DNA of 64,000 nucleotides from Minisyncoccota bacterium (lineage in GTDB: Bacteria; Patescibacteriota; Minisyncoccia; Phycocordibacterales; JABAAK01). The stretch covers positions 41,241 to 105,240 of the forward strand of contig OY764332.1 in the NCBI GenBank assembly GCA_963668425.1, written 5' to 3'. Shown here in pieces: positions 60,140 through 64,000 of the stretch; position 1 is the stretch's first letter, and each line of letters opens with the position of its first letter. The notes beneath the pieces were generated by a model, which was given only the letters and a program-made list of their open reading frames with translations, was not told where the DNA came from and did no database searches. Both the position numbers and the translations under genes were made by a program.

Positions 60140-60203
60140 AGTACTGGTATTCTGCCATAGAAAAATAAAAACAGCACACCGTTTTATAACGGTATGCTGT
60201 TAG

Positions 60204-60824
60204 CTAAAGATCACCCACCTTTTTTGCCGCTCGCTTTTGCCCGGCGGCTTTTAACTTTTTCTCCACACTCTTTTTTGCAGATTTATACTGCTGCTCAGTG
60301 AGTGTGCTGAGCCACACATCAACACCATCCTTCCCAACAGAGAACCGGTAGATATGCATGCCTTTCTTTCCCATGAAAAGCACTATACCCATTTTTGTTT
60401 CATCTCCCCTGCTCTCTTGGAACTTGCCACTGATTACCTTCCCTTTTAGATTGAGAAGAAACGTGTCAGCGGACTTGCCAAACGCTCTTTCAGAGATTAG
60501 CAGTGAAGGGGCTCTCTGCTCTCCATGCATTGCTTCATCTGCGACCATCGCTGGCAGAGAAAGCGTCTTGGTTGCAACCGCTTTTTCTCTTCCCAGTAGC
60601 AATCGCAACTTTCGGCTGAGTGGGCGTAGGTAGAGATTGTTTCCTCTGTACAGCGCAACCATCTCAACCTCTTCTGCTTCAAACACCACTCCAATTTTCT
60701 TTTCAAACCCGGGAAGGGAAAGAAAAACTGCGCTTTCTTCTTTATCAGAATCAGAATTTGCGGCTGCATCCGTAAAGGATAGCAAGCATATCACTACCCT
60801 TGCTATCAGCAAAACTTTCTTCAC
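60204..60824 (-). CDS. Orphan secreted basic protein
   Basis: GGAGAGG then GTG; MKKVLLIARVVICLLSFTDAAA signal peptide. Confidence 0.7.
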   Translation of the reverse strand: MKKVLLIARVVICLLSFTDAAANSDSDKEESAVFLSLPGFEKKIGVVFEAEEVEMVALYRGNNLYLRPLSRKLRLLLGREKAVATKTLSLPAMVADEAMHGEQRAPSLLISERAFGKSADTFLLNLKGKVISGKFQESRGDETKMGIVLFMGKKGMHIYRFSVGKDGVDVWLSTLTEQQYKSAKKSVEKKLKAAGQKRAAKKVGDL

Positions 60825-60957
60825 AATTCACCTCTCCAAATCCAATCAAAATCAAAATATCAACTTACTATATATTATACCCCATTTCTTCTATTTTGAC
60901 AAGTTCTTGATAGCACCTTTAAGGTTTACTACACCACCAGTCAATTTTTGAAATAAG

Positions 60958-61043
<86 letters not shown>

Positions 61044-61044
61044 G

Positions 61045-61117
61045 TCCGCCCACTAGGGCTCGAACCTAGGACCTACCGGTTAAGAGCCGGTTGCTCTACC
61101 AACTGAGCTATGGGCGG
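61045..61117 (-). tRNA. tRNA-Lys(CTT)
   Basis: CCGCCCA/TGGGCGG, arm ACCGG-CT-CTT-AA-CCGGT. Confidence 0.94.
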
Positions 61118-61528
61118 AGTGAGCAGACAGTAAAAGAATACCACAGTATTCTTTTGTTTCTGCGAACGACAAGTTTATCAAACTACGGCTTGATATGGGC
61201 GGAGTGAGCAGACAGTAAAAGAATACCACAGTATTCTTTTGTTTCTGCGAACGACAAGTTTATCAAACTACGGCTTGATATGGGCGGAGTGAGCAGACAG
61301 TAAAAGAATACCACAGTATTCTTTTGTTTCTGCGAACGACAAGTTTATCAAACTACGGCTTGATATGGGCGGAGTGAGCAGACAGTAAAAGAATACCACA
61401 GTATTCTTTTGTTTCTGCGAACGACAAGTTTATCAAACTACGGCTTGATATGGGCGGAGTGAGCAGACAGTAAAAGAATACCACAGTATTCTTTTGTTTC
61501 TGCGAACGACAAGTTTATCAAACTACGG
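61109..61528. repeat. Perfect 85-bp tandem repeat, ~4.9 copies
   Basis: Units start at 61109, 61194, 61279, 61364 and 61449; each has the hairpin aaaagaatac-caca-gtattctttt and the first 9 nt of tRNA-Lys. Confidence 0.97.
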
Positions 61529-61614
61529 TCTGATCTTGGCAATGAATGGGTGTTTTATAGTATACCGCAAAAGACAGTTACAATTTCCGCATACTTGCTA
61601 TACTGAATGCATAA

Positions 61615-61696
61615 GCCGGAGTGGCGGAATTGGTATACGCGCACGACTTAAAATCGTGTATCGCAAGATATGTGGGTTCAAGTCCCACCTCCGGCA
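61615..61696 (+). tRNA. tRNA-Leu(TAA)
   Basis: GCCGGAG/CTCCGGC, arm CACGA-CT-TAA-AA-TCGTG. Confidence 0.96.
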
Positions 61697-61739
61697 CAAA
61701 AAATTCTGCCTCCTCGTGGCGTCTACTAGTCAGCGTCAA

Positions 61740-61822
61740 TCAGAGATTGCCGGCATTGGTATACGCACTGGTCTTATAGCAGTGAGGTTACACCCATGGA
61801 GGTTCAAGTCCTCTCCTCGGCA
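61740..61822 (+). pseudogene. Degenerate inverted copy of tRNA-Leu(TAG)
   Basis: 61786-61822 is identical to the 3' 37 nt of tRNA-Leu(TAG); 5' acceptor strand and anticodon arm are mutated (ctggtcttatagcag). Confidence 0.85.
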
Positions 61823-61924
61823 CTAAACACAATTCCGCCACCCTATTGGGTGGCGGTCGTTTATTTTTAATAAAAAAATTGGCACCGATTCATTGCTGAA
61901 TCAGTGCCTGAGTTAAAAGATCAA

Positions 61925-62566
61925 TTATCGGCGCAATCCTCGGAACCTTCGACGCTCCTGCCACTCATGTGAGTGGTTTGAGTGGTGCGTCCCGAGGGCA
62001 CGAAACCCTATGATTGCCGGCCGAGTGCGGCGAACTTCTTCCCGTACTAGAAATCTCTTGGTGCCGGCCGACCCTTCCAAGGAGATTATGGGGGCGTTAT
62101 AATGCACCGTCATATCTCCTCCGGCAGTGTGGGCAACACCACTGTTTCCTACGGAGGTAACAGTCCGGGATTTGTTCACCGGGTACTTCTCAAGAAGCTT
62201 CTCCAGCAACGCAATGGTTGCTACGTCTTCCAGTTTTTCCTTCCCTTCCTCCTTCGCTTGGAGGACCTCAAGGGCTACCTCCTGGACCTCTGGGTTGTCT
62301 TCCCCGAGGTCCTGCCCTGTCAGTCCAGCCACCCACTCCAGGACCCCTTCTAGGCTGATATGTTTTGGTAGCCCTACTATCCTGGCGTTGGAGCCAATGT
62401 CTGTCCCCAGATCAACCTTTACGGTCAAATCTGTCTCTAGAGCCTGCCCTTTTTTTAATGCCGGATCAGGACGATGCCCAAGGCGGAATACCTCGTCGGC
62501 ATTAGCAAGTGTAACATTAGCCACCACAGTGAAAGCAAACATAACAAACAATTTTAAAAATTTCAT
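61925..62566 (-). CDS. Orphan secreted protein, paralogue of the N-terminal half of 54857-55870
   Basis: MKFLKLFVMF signal peptide; LTGQDLGEDNPEVQEV..LQAKEEGKEKLED..LLEKYPVN. Confidence 0.8.
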   Translation of the reverse strand: MKFLKLFVMFAFTVVANVTLANADEVFRLGHRPDPALKKGQALETDLTVKVDLGTDIGSNARIVGLPKHISLEGVLEWVAGLTGQDLGEDNPEVQEVALEVLQAKEEGKEKLEDVATIALLEKLLEKYPVNKSRTVTSVGNSGVAHTAGGDMTVHYNAPIISLEGSAGTKRFLVREEVRRTRPAIIGFRALGTHHSNHSHEWQERRRFRGLRR

Positions 62567-62850
62567 TTCCTTTTCCTTTCCTGGCAAAATGCCAGGGTAA
62601 AAATTGAGTTTTTCATCAGAACCTCTGATGATTATTTTTCGGGCACATAGCCCGCATAACATGACTAAAAACTATCACGTTATGTGGACTATGTTTCCTT
62701 TTAAGATTTTCAATGTGTCTCTATTTCGTCCTACCATGGACTCATCAGGTAAACGGTATCAGTTTACGATAGAGGGAGTTTTTTAATAGAACTCCTTGGA
62801 AAACTATAACAGATTCTGTTCACACGCTCTGTTGGACGTGTAAATGTTCG

Positions 62851-64000
62851 CTATTCTGGCACTACGCTTAGTGCCAATCCATCTCTTGATACGTCAAGTT
62901 GAACGTATCCCCCCACAATCTTCTTTCCGTCCAGCTTGACGGGGATACCCTCTCTCTTAATGAAATCTGTTGCCGCCTGCTTGTATGCGGCAGTATTTAG
63001 AGGGATACTGACTTCGTGATCCTTATAAATTAAATCCTTTACCTTTTTCACGGACTTATCACTTATCTCTCTGAGTCCGTATGATCCCAGGATTCCGGGA
63101 TCGGCAGAGGCAGTTTCCTTGGCAGTGGCGGTTTTTCCATCTTCCTCCTCCACCTTCTGAAACATGACTACTTGCCTTACGGCGTAGTCATATCCCATAT
63201 AACAGGGAAAAGCATTAGATGGGTTTTCAAACCCATTTTGATACTGAGAGAAGACCTCCATGATCTCCTTTCTTCCCTGCAGACATCCATACCCGAAATG
63301 GGTTTCTTTCGGGTCTTGATCCAGGACCCTTTGAATCACCGCCTGGAGCTGTGCCCGATTCTTAATTTCCATTGGAATCAGCTCGCGGACATTTCGGTAG
63401 GACAACACTTTTGGTTCTGTCCCAGACTTGCTTTCCCGAGTCAATCTTACGAATTTATTGGGAAATTCCGAGTGTTGGTAGATCCTCTGACCTTTTACAT
63501 CCTCATACAGACCAAGCTGGTCGAGGATGTGGGTTTCCAGATCGTCTATGGAGACCTGGGTCCCGAGCAGTGCTGATCCGACCCTGTAAGACTCCCTCCA
63601 TAGATCTTCTGGGCTTAATACCCTTATATCTACGTCTGTTTTCACAGACGGCACCTCTACTGTCAGCTTTGACCTGTGAGGCCAATAGCTGACAAGTGCC
63701 CGACGAGTGTTCGTCTCCTTGACAATCTCTTCAATCGCCTCTTGGAGGCGATCTGGATCTAGGTCCAATGCCTCGGCAAACTTATTCCGTCTTTCCTGGT
63801 GGACCGGGTGGGTACTTACTGCTCTACGCTCCATGTAGGGCAGGAACCGAACAGAAGGCATACTCTGTTCAGACCCTTTCTTATATGCCCACCACACTTT
63901 GGCGGACATAATCCCTGGAGTTGCCTGGATCTCAAAAAATTTGAGATCTGACTCAAATCCTTTTTGAGCTGCTTCCAGGATTGCCTCTTTGTCAGCCGAT
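62851..64000 (-). CDS. Orphan protein (5'-partial), C-terminus weakly similar to the repeat domain of 54857-55870
   Basis: Frame stays open from 63909 to the window edge; AAYKQAATDFIKREG..LDGKKIVGGYVQL. Confidence 0.75.
   Translation of the reverse strand, partial: SADKEAILEAAQKGFESDLKFFEIQATPGIMSAKVWWAYKKGSEQSMPSVRFLPYMERRAVSTHPVHQERRNKFAEALDLDPDRLQEAIEEIVKETNTRRALVSYWPHRSKLTVEVPSVKTDVDIRVLSPEDLWRESYRVGSALLGTQVSIDDLETHILDQLGLYEDVKGQRIYQHSEFPNKFVRLTRESKSGTEPKVLSYRNVRELIPMEIKNRAQLQAVIQRVLDQDPKETHFGYGCLQGRKEIMEVFSQYQNGFENPSNAFPCYMGYDYAVRQVVMFQKVEEEDGKTATAKETASADPGILGSYGLREISDKSVKKVKDLIYKDHEVSIPLNTAAYKQAATDFIKREGIPVKLDGKKIVGGYVQLDVSRDGLALSVVPE

Noticed and set aside
61109-61528. CRISPR array
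   Set aside because: Units are identical end to end with no variable spacers, and no cas genes are present.

Overview
This 64-kb window looks like part of a Patescibacteria (CPR, Parcubacteria-like) chromosome using the standard genetic code. That inference rests on a short IF2 and ValRS, dispersed housekeeping genes (dnaE, rnhB, mutY, rel, parB, valS, groESL, ychF, infB, rbfA, rplY), ten tRNAs that mostly lack an encoded CCA, and a CPR-type ApbE/FMN-binding/RnfD-FNR flavinylation module. The first 10 kb is a single >3,300-aa repetitive surface protein on the minus strand, which the ORF track missed because it runs off the left edge. An accessory island downstream of tRNA-Ala (about 17.5-28.4 kb) carries Poribacteria-like genes, including a peptidoglycan amidase with an NPFNPETWIP-type C-terminal domain and duplicated TolB-like propellers. 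These duplicates flank a C5-methyltransferase/GHKL-ATPase module. A second defence islet (type II R-M plus a HEPN-like ORF) lies next to tRNA-Gly. The strongest candidate for something undescribed is a ~570-nt, multi-domain structured non-coding element between rnhB and mutY (about 29,380-29,957, minus strand), with its own promoter-like site, a pseudoknot and a terminator. Other notable items are an 85-bp x ~5 tandem array built from the tRNA-Lys leader, an inverted degenerate tRNA-Leu copy, a 6S-like rod hairpin, and a family of orphan secreted paralogues with cassette-like flanking repeats. All product calls come from motif recognition by eye; no database searches were run.
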